Origin: Eledone cirrhosa
Lineage: Eukaryota
Length of the DNA: 64,000 bases
Direction: 5' to 3'
Assembly: GCA_964016885.1 (NCBI GenBank)
Contig: OZ024740.1
Span: 432,698,001 to 432,762,000 of the forward strand
Part shown: in pieces, positions 26,001 through 41,000 of the stretch
Layout of the letters: each line of letters starts with the position of its first letter
Numbering within the stretch: position 1 is the first letter of the stretch
Translations under genes and position numbers: made by a program
Notes under the pieces: generated by a model
Seen by the model: only the letters and a program-made list of their open reading frames with translations
The model's database searches: none
What the model was told of the DNA's origin: nothing

Positions 26001-29000
26001 AGAACCACAGAAGCACTAAGAATGGAGACTTGATATGTGACAGAAACACAGAAGCAGTAAGAATGGAGACTTGATATGTGACAGAACCACAGAAGCACTA
26101 AGAATGGAGACTTGATATGTGACAGAACCACAGAAGCAGTAAGAATGGAGACTTGATATGTGACAGAACCACAGAATCAGTAAACATGGAGACTTGATAT
26201 GTGACAGAACCACAGAAGCAGTAAGAATGGAGACTTGATATGTGACAGAACCACAGAAGCACTAAGAATGGAGACTTGATATGTGACAGAACCACACAAT
26301 CAGTAAGAATGGGGACTTGATATGTGACAGAACCACAGAATCAGTAAGAATGGAGACTTGATATGTGACAGAACCACAGAAGCAGTAAGAATGGAGACTT
26401 GATATGAGACAGAACCACAGAATCAGTAAGAATGGAGACTTGATATGTGACAGAACCACAGAATCAGTAAAAATGGAGACTTGATATGCGACAGAACCAC
26501 ATAAGCAATAAGAATGGAGACTTGATATGTGACAGAACCACACAATCAGTAAGAATGGAGACTTGATATGTGACAGAACCACAGAATCAGTAAGAATGGA
26601 GACTTGATATGTGACAGAACCACAGAAGCAGTAAGAATGGAGACTTGATATGAGACAGAACCACAGAATCAGTAAGAATGGAGACTTGATATGTGACAGA
26701 ACCACAGAAGCAGTAAGAATGGAGACTTGATATGTAACAGAACCACAGAAGCAGTAAGAATGGAGACTTGATATGTAACAGAACCACAGAATCAGTAAGA
26801 ATGGAGACTTGATATGTGACAGAACCACAGAAGCACTAAGAATGGAGACTTGATATGTGACAGAACTACAGAATCAGTAAGAATGGAGACTTGATATGTG
26901 ACAGAACCACAGAAGCAGTAAGAATGGAGACTTGATATGTGACAGAACCACAGAAGCAGTAAGAATGGACACTTGATATGTGACAGAACCACAGAATCAG
27001 TAAGAATGGAGACTTGATATGTGACAGAACTACAGAATCAGTAAGAATGGAGACTTGATATGTGACAGAACCACAGAAGCAGTAAGAATGGAGACTTGAT
27101 ATGTGACAGAACCACAGAAGCAGTAAGAATGGACACTTGATATGTGACAGAACCACAGAAGCAGTAAGAATGGACACTTGATATGTGACAGAACCACAGA
27201 ATCAGTAAGAATGGAGACTTGATATGTGACAGAACCACAGAACCAGTAAGAATGGAGACTTGATATGTGACAGAACCACAGAATCAGTAAGAATGGAGAC
27301 TTGATATGTGACAGAAGCACAGAACCAGTAAGAATGGAGACTTGATATGTGACAGAACCACAGAATCAGTAAGAATGGAGACTTGATATGTGACAGAACC
27401 ACAGAACCAGTAAGAATGGAGACTTGAAATGTGACAGAACCACAGAAGCAGTAAGAATGGACACTTGATATGTGACAGAACCACAGAAGCAGTAAGAATG
27501 GAGACTTGATATGTGACAGAACCACAGAAGCAGTAAGAATGGAGACTTGATATGTGACAGAACCACAGAATCAGTAAGAATGGAGACTTGATATGTGACA
27601 GAACCACAGAAGCAGTAAGAATGGAGACTTGATATGTGACAGAACCACAGAATCAGTAAACATGGAGACTTGATATGTGACAGAACCACAGAATCAGTAA
27701 GAATGGAGACTTGATATGTGACAGAACCACATAAGCAGTAAGAATGGAGACTTGATATGTGACAGAACCACAGAAGCAGTAAGAATGGAGACTTGGTATG
27801 TGACAGAACCACAGAATCAGTAGGAATGGAGACTTGGTATGTGACAGAACCACATAAGCAGTAAGAATGGAGACTTGATATGTGACAGAACCACAGAAGC
27901 AGTAAGAATGGAGACTTGATATGTGACAGAACCACACAATCAGTAAGAATGGAGACTTGATATGTGACAGAACCACAGAAGCAGTAAGAATGGAGACTTG
28001 ATATGTGACAGAACCACAGAAGCAGTAAGAATGGAGACTTGGTATGTGACAGAACCACAGAAGCACTAAGAATGGAGACTTGATATGTGACCGAACCACA
28101 GAAGCAGTAAGAATGGAGTCTTGGTATGTGACAGAACCACAGAAGCAGTAAGAATGGAGACTTGATATGTGACAGAACCACAGAAGCAGCAAGAATGGAG
28201 ACTTGATATGTGACAAAACCACAGAAACAGTAAGAATGGAGACTTGATATGTGACAGAACCACAGAAGCAGTAAGAATGGAGACTTGATATGTGACAGAA
28301 CCACAGAACCAGTAAGAATGGAGACTTGATATGTGACAGAACCACAGAATCAGTAAGAATGGAGACTTGATATGTGACAGAAGCACAGAACCAGTAAGAA
28401 TGGAGACTTGATATGTGACAGAACCACAGAATCAGTAAGAATGGAGACTTGATATGTGACAGAACCACAGAACCAGTAAGAATGGAGACTTGAAATGTGA
28501 CAGAACCACAGAAGCAGTAAGAATGGACACTTGATATGTGACAGAACCACAGAAGCAGTAAGAATGGAGACTTGATATGTGACAGAACCACAGAAGCAGT
28601 AAGAATGGAGACTTGATATGTGACAGAACCACAGAATCAGTAAGAATGGAGACTTGATATGTGACAGAACCACAGAAGCAGTAAGAATGGAGACTTGATA
28701 TGTGACAGAACCACAGAATCAGTAAACATGGAGACTTGATATGTGACAGAACCACAGAATCAGTAAGAATGGAGACTTGATATGTGACAGAACCACATAA
28801 GCAGTAAGAATGGAGACTTGATATGTGACAGAACCACAGAAGCAGTAAGAATGGAGACTTGGTATGTGACAGAACCACAGAATCAGTAGGAATGGAGACT
28901 TGGTATGTGACAGAACCACATAAGCAGTAAGAATGGAGACTTGATATGTGACAGAACCACAGAAGCAGTAAGAATGGAGACTTGATATGTGACAGAACCA

Positions 29001-32000
29001 CACAATCAGTAAGAATGGAGACTTGATATGTGACAGAACCACAGAAGCAGTAAGAATGGAGACTTGATATGTGACAGAACCACAGAAGCAGTAAGAATGG
29101 AGACTTGGTATGTGACAGAACCACAGAAGCACTAAGAATGGAGACTTGATATGTGACAGAAACACAGAAGCAGTAAGAATGGAGACTTGATATGTGACAG
29201 AACCACAGAAGCACTAAGAATGGAGACTTGATATGTGACAGAACCACAGAAGCAGTAAGAATGGAGACTTGATATGTGACAGAACCACAGAATCAGTAAA
29301 CATGGAGACTTGATATGTGACAGAACCACAGAAGCAGTAAGAATGGAGACTTGATATGTGACAGAACCACAGAAGCACTAAGAATGGAGACTTGATATGT
29401 GACAGAACCACACAATCAGTAAGAATGGGGACTTGATATGTGACAGAACCACAGAATCAGTAAGAATGGAGACTTGATATGTGACAGAACCACAGAAGCA
29501 GTAAGAATGGAGACTTGATATGAGACAGAACCACAGAATCAGTAAGAATGGAGACTTGATATGTGACAGAACCACAGAATCAGTAAAAATGGAGACTTGA
29601 TATGCGACAGAACCACATAAGCAATAAGAATGGAGACTTGATATGTGACAGAACCACACAATCAGTAAGAATGGAGACTTGATATGTGACAGAACCACAG
29701 AATCAGTAAGAATGGAGACTTGATATGTGACAGAACCACAGAAGCAGTAAGAATGGAGACTTGATATGAGACAGAACCACAGAATCAGTAAGAATGGAGA
29801 CTTGATATGTGACAGAACCACAGAAGCAGTAAGAATGGAGACTTGATATGTAACAGAACCACAGAAGCAGTAAGAATGGAGACTTGATATGTAACAGAAC
29901 CACAGAATCAGTAAGAATGGAGACTTGATATGTGACAGAACCACAGAAGCACTAAGAATGGAGACTTGATATGTGACAGAACTACAGAATCAGTAAGAAT
30001 GGAGACTTGATATGTGACAGAACCACAGAAGCAGTAAGAATGGAGACTTGATATGTGACAGAACCACAGAAGCAGTAAGAATGGACACTTGATATGTGAC
30101 AGAACCACAGAATCAGTAAGAATGGAGACTTGATATGTGACAGAACTACAGAATCAGTAAGAATGGAGACTTGATATGTGACAGAACCACAGAAGCAGTA
30201 AGAATGGAGACTTGATATGTGACAGAACCACAGAAGCAGTAAGAATGGACACTTGATATGTGACAGAACCACAGAAGCAGTAAGAATGGACACTTGATAT
30301 GTGACAGAACCACAGAATCAGTAAGAATGGAGACTTGATATGTGACAGAACCACAGAACCAGTAAGAATGGAGACTTGATATGTGACAGAACCACAGAAT
30401 CAGTAAGAATGGAGACTTGATATGTGACAGAAGCACAGAACCAGTAAGAATGGAGACTTGATATGTGACAGAACCACAGAATCAGTAAGAATGGAGACTT
30501 GATATGTGACAGAACCACAGAACCAGTAAGAATGGAGACTTGAAATGTGACAGAACCACAGAAGCAGTAAGAATGGACACTTGATATGTGACAGAACCAC
30601 AGAAGCAGTAAGAATGGAGACTTGATATGTGACAGAACCACAGAAGCAGTAAGAATGGAGACTTGATATGTGACAGAACCACAGAATCAGTAAGAATGGA
30701 GACTTGATATGTGACAGAACCACAGAAGCAGTAAGAATGGAGACTTGATATGTGACAGAACCACAGAATCAGTAAACATGGAGACTTGATATGTGACAGA
30801 ACCACAGAATCAGTAAGAATGGAGACTTGATATGTGACAGAACCACATAAGCAGTAAGAATGGAGACTTGATATGTGACAGAACCACAGAAGCAGTAAGA
30901 ATGGAGACTTGGTATGTGACAGAACCACAGAATCAGTAGGAATGGAGACTTGGTATGTGACAGAACCACATAAGCAGTAAGAATGGAGACTTGATATGTG
31001 ACAGAACCACAGAAGCAGTAAGAATGGAGACTTGATATGTGACAGAACCACACAATCAGTAAGAATGGAGACTTGATATGTGACAGAACCACAGAAGCAG
31101 TAAGAATGGAGACTTGATATGTGACAGAACCACAGAAGCAGTAAGAATGGAGACTTGGTATGTGACAGAACCACAGAAGCACTAAGAATGGAGACTTGAT
31201 ATGTGACCGAACCACAGAAGCAGTAAGAATGGAGTCTTGGTATGTGACAGAACCACAGAAGCAGTAAGAATGGAGACTTGATATGTGACAGAACCACAGA
31301 AGCAGTAAGAATGGAGACTTGATATGTGACAAAACCACAGAAACAGTAAGAATGGAGACTTGATATGTGACAGAACCACAGAAGCAGTAAGAATGGAGAC
31401 TTGATATGTGACAGAACCACAGAAGCAGTAAGAATGGAGACTTGATATTTGACAGAACCACAGAATCAGTAAGAATGGAGACTTGATATGTGACAGAACC
31501 ACAGAATCAGTAAGAATGGAGACTTGATATGTGACAGAACCACAGAAGCAGTAAGAATGGAGACTTGATATGTAACAGAACCACAGAAGCAGTAAGAATG
31601 GAGACTTGATATGTGACAGAACCATGCAATCATTAAGAATGGAGACTTGATATGTGACAGAACCACAGAAGCAGTAAGAATGGAGACTTGATATGTGACA
31701 GAACCACAGAATCAGTAAGAATGGAGACTTGATATGTGACAGAACCACAGAAGCAGTAAGAATGGAGACTTGATATGTGACAGAACCACAGAATCAGTAA
31801 GAATGGAGACTTGATATGTGACAGAACCACAGAATCAGTAAGAATGGAGACTTGATATGTGACAGAACCACAGAAGCAGTAAGAATGGAGACTTGATATG
31901 TAACAGAACCACAGAAGCAGTAAGAATGGAGACTTGATATGTGACAGAACCATGCAATCATTAAGAATGGAGACTTGATATGTGACAGAACCACAGAAGC

Positions 32001-35000
32001 AGTAAGAATGGAGACTTGATATGTGACAGAACCACAGAAGCAGTAAGAATGGAGACTTGATATGTGACAGAACCATACAATCAGTAAGAATGGAGACTTG
32101 ATATGTGACAGAACCACAGAAGCAGTAAGAATGGAGACTTGATATGTGACAGAACCACAGAATCAGTAAGAATGGAGACTTGATATGTGACAGAACCATG
32201 CAATCATTAAGAATGGAGACTTGATATGTGACAGAACCACAGAAGCAGTAAGAATGGAGACTTGATATGTGACAGAACCACAGAATCAGTAAAAATGGAG
32301 ACTTGATATGTGACAGAACCACAGAAGCAGTAAGAATGGAGACTTGATATGTGACAGAACCACAGAATCAGTAATAATGGAGACTTGATATGTGACAGAA
32401 CCACAGAATCAGTAAGAATGGAGACTTGATATGTGACAGAACCACAGAACCAGTAAGAATGGAGACTTGATATGTGACAGAACCACAGAATCAGTAAGAA
32501 TGGAGACTTGATATGTGACAGAAGCACAGAACCAGTAAGAATGGAGACTTGATATGTGACAGAACCACAGAATCAGTAAGAATGGAGACTTGATATGTGA
32601 CAGAACCACAGAACCAGTAAGAATGGAGACTTGAAATGTGACAGAACCACAGAAGCAGTAAGAATGGACACTTGATATGTGACAGAACCACAGAAGCAGT
32701 AAGAATGGAGACTTGATATGTGACAGAACCACAGAAGCAGTAAGAATGGAGACTTGATATGTGACAGAACCACAGAATCAGTAAGAATGGAGACTTGATA
32801 TGTGACAGAACCACAGAAGCAGTAAGAATGGAGACTTGATATGTGACAGAACCACAGAATCAGTAAACATGGAGACTTGATATGTGACAGAACCACAGAA
32901 TCAGTAAGAATGGAGACTTGATATGTGACAGAACCACATAAGCAGTAAGAATGGAGACTTGATATGTGACAGAACCACAGAAGCAGTAAGAATGGAGACT
33001 TGGTATGTGACAGAACCACAGAATCAGTAGGAATGGAGACTTGGTATGTGATAGAACCACATAAGCAGTAAGAATGGAGACTTGATATGTGACAGAACCA
33101 CAGAAGCAGTAAGAATGGAGACTTGATATGTGACAGAACCACACAATCAGTAAGAATGGAGACTTGATATGTGACAGAACCACAGAAGCAGTAAGAATGG
33201 AGACTTGATATGTGACAGAACCACAGAAGCAGTAAGAATGGAGACTTGGTATGTGACAGAACCACAGAAGCACTAAGAATGGAGACTTGATATGTGACCG
33301 AACCACAGAAGCAGTAAGAATGGAGTCTTGGTATGTGACAGAACCACAGAAGCAGTAAGAATGGAGACTTGATATGTGACAGAACCACAGAAGCAGTAAG
33401 AATGGAGACTTGATATGTGACAAAACCACAGAAACAGTAAGAATGGAGACTTGATATGTGACAGAACCACAGAAGCAGTAAGAATGGAGACTTGATATGT
33501 GACAGAACCACAGAAGCAGTAAGAATGGAGACTTGATATTTGACAGAACCACAGAATCAGTAAGAATGGAGACTTGATATGTGACAGAACCACAGAATCA
33601 GTAAGAATGGAGACTTGATATGTGACAGAACCACAGAAGCAGTAAGAATGGAGACTTGATATGTAACAGAACCACAGAAGCAGTAAGAATGGAGACTTGA
33701 TATGTGACAGAACCATGCAATCATTAAGAATGGAGACTTGATATGTGACAGAACCACAGAAGCAGTAAGAATGGAGACTTGATATGTGACAGAACCACAG
33801 AATCAGTAAGAATGGAGACTTGATATGTGACAGAACCACAGAAGCAGTAAGAATGGAGACTTGATATGTGACAGAACCACAGAATCAGTAAGAATGGAGA
33901 CTTGATATGTGACAGAACCACAGAATCAGTAAGAATGGAGACTTGATATGTGACAGAACCACAGAAGCAGTAAGAATGGAGACTTGATATGTAACAGAAC
34001 CACAGAAGCAGTAAGAATGGAGACTTGATATGTGACAGAACCATGCAATCATTAAGAATGGAGACTTGATATGTGACAGAACCACAGAAGCAGTAAGAAT
34101 GGAGACTTGATATGTGACAGAACCACAGAAGCAGTAAGAATGGAGACTTGATATGTGACAGAACCATACAATCAGTAAGAATGGAGACTTGATATGTGAC
34201 AGAACCACAGAAGCAGTAAGAATGGAGACTTGATATGTGACAGAACCACAGAAGCAGTAAGAATGGAGACTTGATATGTGACAGAACCACAGAAGCACTA
34301 AGAATGGAGACTTGATATGTGACAGAACCACAGAAGCACTAAGAATGGAGACTTGATATGTGACAGAACCACAGAAGCAGTAAGAATGGAGACTTGATAT
34401 GTGACAGAACCACAGAATTAGTAATAATGGAGACTTGATATGTGACAGAACCACAGAAGCAGTAAGAATGGAGACTTGATATGTGACAGAACCACAGAAG
34501 CAGTAAGAATGGAGACTTGATATGTGACAGAACCACAGAAGCAGTAAGAATGGAGACTTGATATGTGACAGAACCATACAATCAGTAAGAATGGAGACTT
34601 GATATGTGACAGAACCACAGAAGCAGTAAGAATGGAGACTTGATATGTGACAGAACCATGCAATCATTAAGAATGGAGACTTGATATGTGACAGAACCAC
34701 AGAAGCAGTAAGAATGGAGACTTGATATGTGACAGAACCACAGAATCAGTAAAAATGGAGACTTGATATGTGATAGAACCACAGAAGCAGTAAGAATGGA
34801 GACTTGATATGTGACAGAACCATGCAATCATTAAGAATGGAGACTTGATATGTGACAGAACCACAGAAGCAGTAAGAATGGAGACTTGATATGTGACAGA
34901 ACCACAGAATGAGTAAAAATGGAGACTTGATATGTGATAGAACTACAGAAGCAGTAAGAATGGAGACTTGATATGTGACAGAACCACACAATCAGTAAGA

Positions 35001-38000
35001 ATGGAGACTTAATATGTGACAGAACCACAGAAGCAGTAAGAATGGAGACTTGATATGTGACAGAACCACAGAATCAGTAAAAATGGAGACTTGATATGAC
35101 AGAACCACAGAATCAGTAAGAATGGAGACTTGATATGTGACAGAACCACAGAAGCACTAAGAATGGAGACTTGATATGTGACAGAACCACAGAAGCAGTA
35201 AGAATGGAGACTTGATATGTGACAGAACTACAGAAGCACTAAGAATGGAGACTTGATATGTGACAGAACCACAGAATCAGTAAGAATGGAGACTTGATAT
35301 GTGACAGAACCACAGAAGCAGTAAGAATGGAGACTTAATATGTGACAGAACCACAGAAGCAGTAAGAATGGAGACTTGATATGTGACAGAACCACAGAAG
35401 CAGTAAGAATGGAGACTTGATATGTGACAGAACCACAGAATCAGTAAGAATGGAGACTTGATATGTGACAGAACCACAGAATCAGTAAGAATGGAGACTT
35501 AATATGTGACAGAACCACAGAAACAGTAAGAATGGAGACTTGATATGTGACAGAACCACAGAAGCAGTAAGAATGGAGACTTGATATGTGACAGAACCAC
35601 AGAAGCAGTAAGAATGGAGACTTGATATGTGACAGAACCACACAATCAGTAAGAATGGAGACTTGATATGTGACAGAACCACACAATCAGTAAGAATGGA
35701 GACTTGATATGTGACAGAACCACAGAAGCACTAAGAATGGAGACTTGATATGTGACAGAACCACAGAAGCAGTAAGAATGGAGACTTGATATGTGACAGA
35801 ACCACAGAATCAGTAAGAATGGAGACTTGATATGTAACAGAACCACACAATCAGTAAGAATGGAGACTTGATATGTAACAGAACCACACAATCAGTAAGA
35901 ATGGAGACTTGATATGTGACAGAACCACAGAAGCAGTAAGAATGGAGACTTGATATGTGACAGAACCACAGAATCAGTAAGAATGGAGACTTGATATGTG
36001 ACAGAACCACAGAAGCACTAAGAATGGAGACTTGATATGTGACAGAACCACAGAAGCAGTAAGAATGGAGACTTGATATGTGACAGAACCACAGAAGCAG
36101 TAAAAATGGAGACTTGATATGTGACAGAACTACAGAAGCACTAAGAATGGAGACTTGATATGTGACAGAACCACAGCAGCAGTAAGAATGGAGACTTGAT
36201 ATGTGACAGAACCACAGAATCAGTAAGAATGGAGACTTGATATGTGACAGAACCACAGAAGCACTAAGAATGGAGACTTGATATGTGACAGAACCACAGA
36301 AGCAGTAAGAATGGAGACTTGATATGTGACAGAACCACACAAGCAGTAAGAATGGAGACTTGATATGTGACAGAACCACAGAAGAAGTAAGAATGGAGAC
36401 TTGATATGTGACAGAACCACACAATCAGTAAGAATGGAGACTTGATATGTAACAGAACTACAGAAGCAGTAAGAATGGAGACTTGATATGTGACAGAACC
36501 ACAGAAGCAGTAAGAATGGAGACTTGATATGTGACAGAACCACAGAAGCAGTAAAAATGGAGACTTGATATGTGACAGAACTACAGAAGCACTAAGAATG
36601 GAGACTTGATATGTGACAGAACCACAGAAGCAGTAAAAATGGAGACTTGATATGTGACAGAACCACAGAAGCAGTAAGAATGGAGACTTGATATGTGACA
36701 GAACCATACGATCAGTAAGAATGGAGACTTGATATGTGACAGAACCACAGAAGCAGTAAGAATGGAGACTTGATATGTGACAGAACCACACAATCAGTAA
36801 GAATGGAGACTTGATATGTGACAGAACCACAGAATCAGTAAGAATGGAGACTTGATATGTGACAGAACCACAGAAGCACTAAGAATGGAGACTTGATATG
36901 TGACAGAACTACAGAAGCAGTAAGAATGGAGACTTGATATGTGACAGAACTACAGAAGCAGTAAGAATGGAGACTTGATATGTGACAGAACCACAGAAGC
37001 AGTAAGAATGGAGACTTGATATGTGACAGAACCACAGAATCAGTAAGAATGGAGACTTGATATGTGACAGAACCACAGAAGCAGTAAGAATGGAGACTTA
37101 ATATGTGACAGAACCACAGAAGCAGTAAGAATGGAGACTTAATATGTGACAGAACCACAGAAGCAGTAAGAATGGAGACTTGATATGTGACAGAACCACA
37201 GAATCAGTAAAAATGGAGACTTGATATGTGACAGAACCACATAAGCAGTAAGAATGGAGACTTGATATGTGACAGAACCACACAATCAGTAAGAATGGAG
37301 ACTTAATATGCGACAGAACCACAGAAGCAGTAAGAATGGAGACTTGATATGTGACAGAACCACAGAAGCAGTAAGAATGGAGACTTGATATGTGACAGAA
37401 CGACAGAAGCAGTAAGAATGGAGACTTGATATGTGACAGAACCACAGAATCAGTAAGAATGGAGACTTGATATGTAACAGAACCACAGAAGCAGTAAGAA
37501 TGGAGACTTGGTATGTAACAGAACCACACAATCAGTAAAAATGGAGACTTGATATGTAACAGAACCACACAATCAGTAAGAATGGAGACTTGATATGTGA
37601 CAGAACCATACAAGCAGTAAGAACGGAGGCTTGATATGTGACAGAACCACAGAATCAGTAAGAATGGAGACATGATATGTAACAGAACCACACAATCAGT
37701 AAGAATGGAGACTTGATATGTAACAGAACCACACAATCAGTAAGAATGGAGACTTGATATGTGACAGAACCACACAATCAGTAAGAATGGAGACTTAATA
37801 TGCGACAGAACCACAGAATCAGTAAGAATGGAGACTTGATATGTGACAGAACCACAGAAGCACTAAGAATGGAGACTTGATATGTGACAGAACCACAGAA
37901 GCAGTAAGAATGGAGACTTGATATGTGACAGAACCACAGAAGCAGTAAAAATGGAGACTTGATATGTGACAGAACTACAGAAACACTAAGAATGGAGACT

Positions 38001-41000
38001 TGATATGTGACAGAACCACAGCAGCAGTAAGAATGGAGACTTGATATGTGACAGAACCACAGAATCAGTTAGAATGGAGACTTGATATGTGACAGAACCA
38101 CAGAAGCACTAAGAATGGAGACTTGATATGTGACAGAACCACAGAAGCAGTAAGAATGGAGACTTGATATGTGACAGAACCACACAAGCAGTAAGAATGG
38201 AGACTTGATATGTGACAGAACCACACAAGCAGTAAGAATGGAGACTTGATATGTGACAAAACCACAGAATCAGTAAGAATGGAGACTTAATATGTGACAG
38301 AACCACAGAAGTAGTGAGAATGTAGACTTGATATGTGACAGAACCACAGAAGCAGTAAGAATGGAGACTTGATATGTGACAGAACCACAGAATCAGTAAG
38401 AATGGAGACTTGATATGTGACAGAACCACAGAATCAGTAAGAATGGAGACTTAATATGTGACAGAACCACAGAAGCAGTAAGAATGGAGACTTGATATGT
38501 GACAGAACCACAGAAGCAGTAAGAATGGAGACTTGATATGTGACAGAACCACAGAAGCAGTAAGAATGGAGACTTGATATGTGACAGAACCACAGAATCA
38601 GTAATAATGGAGACTTGATATGTGACAGAACCACAGAATCAGTAATAATGGAGACTTGATATGTGACAGAACCACAGAAGCAGTAAGAATGGAGACTTGA
38701 TATGTGACAGAACCACAGAAGCAGTAAGAATGGAGACTTGATATGTGACAGAACCACAGAATCAGTAAGAATGGAGACTTAATATGTGACAGAACCACAG
38801 AAGCAGTAAGAATGGAGACTTGATATGTGACAGAACCACAGAAGCAGTAAGAATGGAGACTTGATATGTGACAGAACCACAGAAGCAGTAAGAATGGAGA
38901 CTTGATATGTGACAGAACCACAGAATCAGTAATAATGGAGACTTGATACGTGACAGAACCACAGAAGCAGTAAGAATGGAGACTTGATATGTGACAGAAC
39001 CACAGAAGCAGTAAGAATGGAGACTTGATATGTGACAGAACCACAACATCAGTAATAATGGAGACTTGATATGTGACAGAACCACAGAAGCAGTAAGAAT
39101 GGAGACTTGATATGTGACAGAACCACAGAAGCAGTAAGAATGGAGACTTGATATGTGACAGAACCACAGAAGCAGTAAGAATGGAGACTTGATATGTGAC
39201 AGAACCACAGAAGCAGTAAGAATGGAGACTTGATATGTGACAGAACCATACAATCAGTAAGAATGGAGACTTGATATGTGACAGAACCACAGAAGCAGTA
39301 AGAATGGAGACTTGATATGTGACAGAACCATGCAATCATTAAGAATGGAGACTTGATATGTGACAGAACCACAGAAGCAGTAAGAATGGAGACTTGATAT
39401 GTGACAGAACCACAGAATCAGTAAAAATGGAGACTTGATATGTGACAGAACCACAGAAGCAGTAAGAATGGAGACTTGATATGTGACAGAACCACAGAAG
39501 CACTAAGAATGGAGACTTGATATGTGACAGAACCACAGAAGCACTAAGAATGGAGACTTGATATGTGACAGAACCACAGAAGCAGTAAGAATGGAGACTT
39601 GATATGTGACAGAACCACAGAATCAGTAATAATGGAGACTTGATATGTGACAGAACCACAGAAGCAGTAAGAATGGAGACTTGATATGTGACAGAACCAC
39701 AGAAGCAGTAAGAATGGAGACTTGATATGTGACAGAACCACAGAAGCAGTAAGAATGGAGACTTGATATGTGACAGAACCATACAATCAGTAAGAATGGA
39801 GACTTGATATGTGACAGAACCACAGAAGCAGTAAGAATGGAGACTTGATATGTGACAGAACCATGCAATCATTAAGAATGGAGACTTGATATGTGACAGA
39901 ACCACAGAAGCAGTAAGAATGGAGACTTGATATGTGACAGAACCACAGAATCAGTAAAAATGGAGACTTGATATGTGATAGAACCACAGAAGCAGTAAGA
40001 ATGGAGACTTGATATGTGACAGAACCATGCAATCATTAAGAATGGAGACTTAATATGTGACAGAACCACAGAAGCAGTAAGAATGGAGACTTGATATGTG
40101 ACAGAACCACAGAAGCAGTAAGAATGGAGACTTGATATGTGACAGAACCACAGAATCAGTAAGAATGGAGACTTAATATGTGACAGAACCACAGAAGCAG
40201 TAAGAATGGAGACTTGATATGTGACAGAACCACAGAATCAGTAAGAATGGAGACTTGATATGTGACAAAACCACAGAATCAGTAAGAATGGAGACTTAAT
40301 ATGTGACAGAACCACAGAAGCAGTAAGAATGGAGACTTGATATGTGACAGAACCACAGAAGCAGTAAGAATGGAGACTTGATATGTGACAGAACCACAGA
40401 ATCAGTAAGAATGGAGACTTGATATGTGACAGAACCACAGAATCAGTAAGAATGGAGACTTAATATGTGACAGAACCACAGAAGCAGTAAGAATGGAGAC
40501 TTGATATGTGACAGAACCACAGAAGCAGTAAGAATGGAGACTTGATATGTGACAGAACCACAGAAGCAGTAAGAATGGAGACTTGATATGTGACAGAACC
40601 ACACAATCAGTAAGAATGGAGACTTGATATGTGACAGAACCACACAATCAGTAAGAATGGAGACTTGATATGTGACAGAACCACAGAAGCACTAAGAATG
40701 GAGACTTGATATGTGACAGAACCACAGAAGCAGTAAGAATGGAGACTTGATATGTGACAGAACCACAGAATCAGTAAGAATGGAGACTTGATATGTAACA
40801 GAACCACACAATCAGTAAGAATGGAGACTTGATATGTAACAGAACCACACAATCAGTAAGAATGGAGACTTGATATGTGACAGAACCACAGAAGCAGTAA
40901 GAATGGAGACTTGATATGTGACAGAACCACAGAATCAGTAAGAATGGAGACTTGATATGTGACAGAACCACAGAAGCACTAAGAATGGAGACTTGATATG

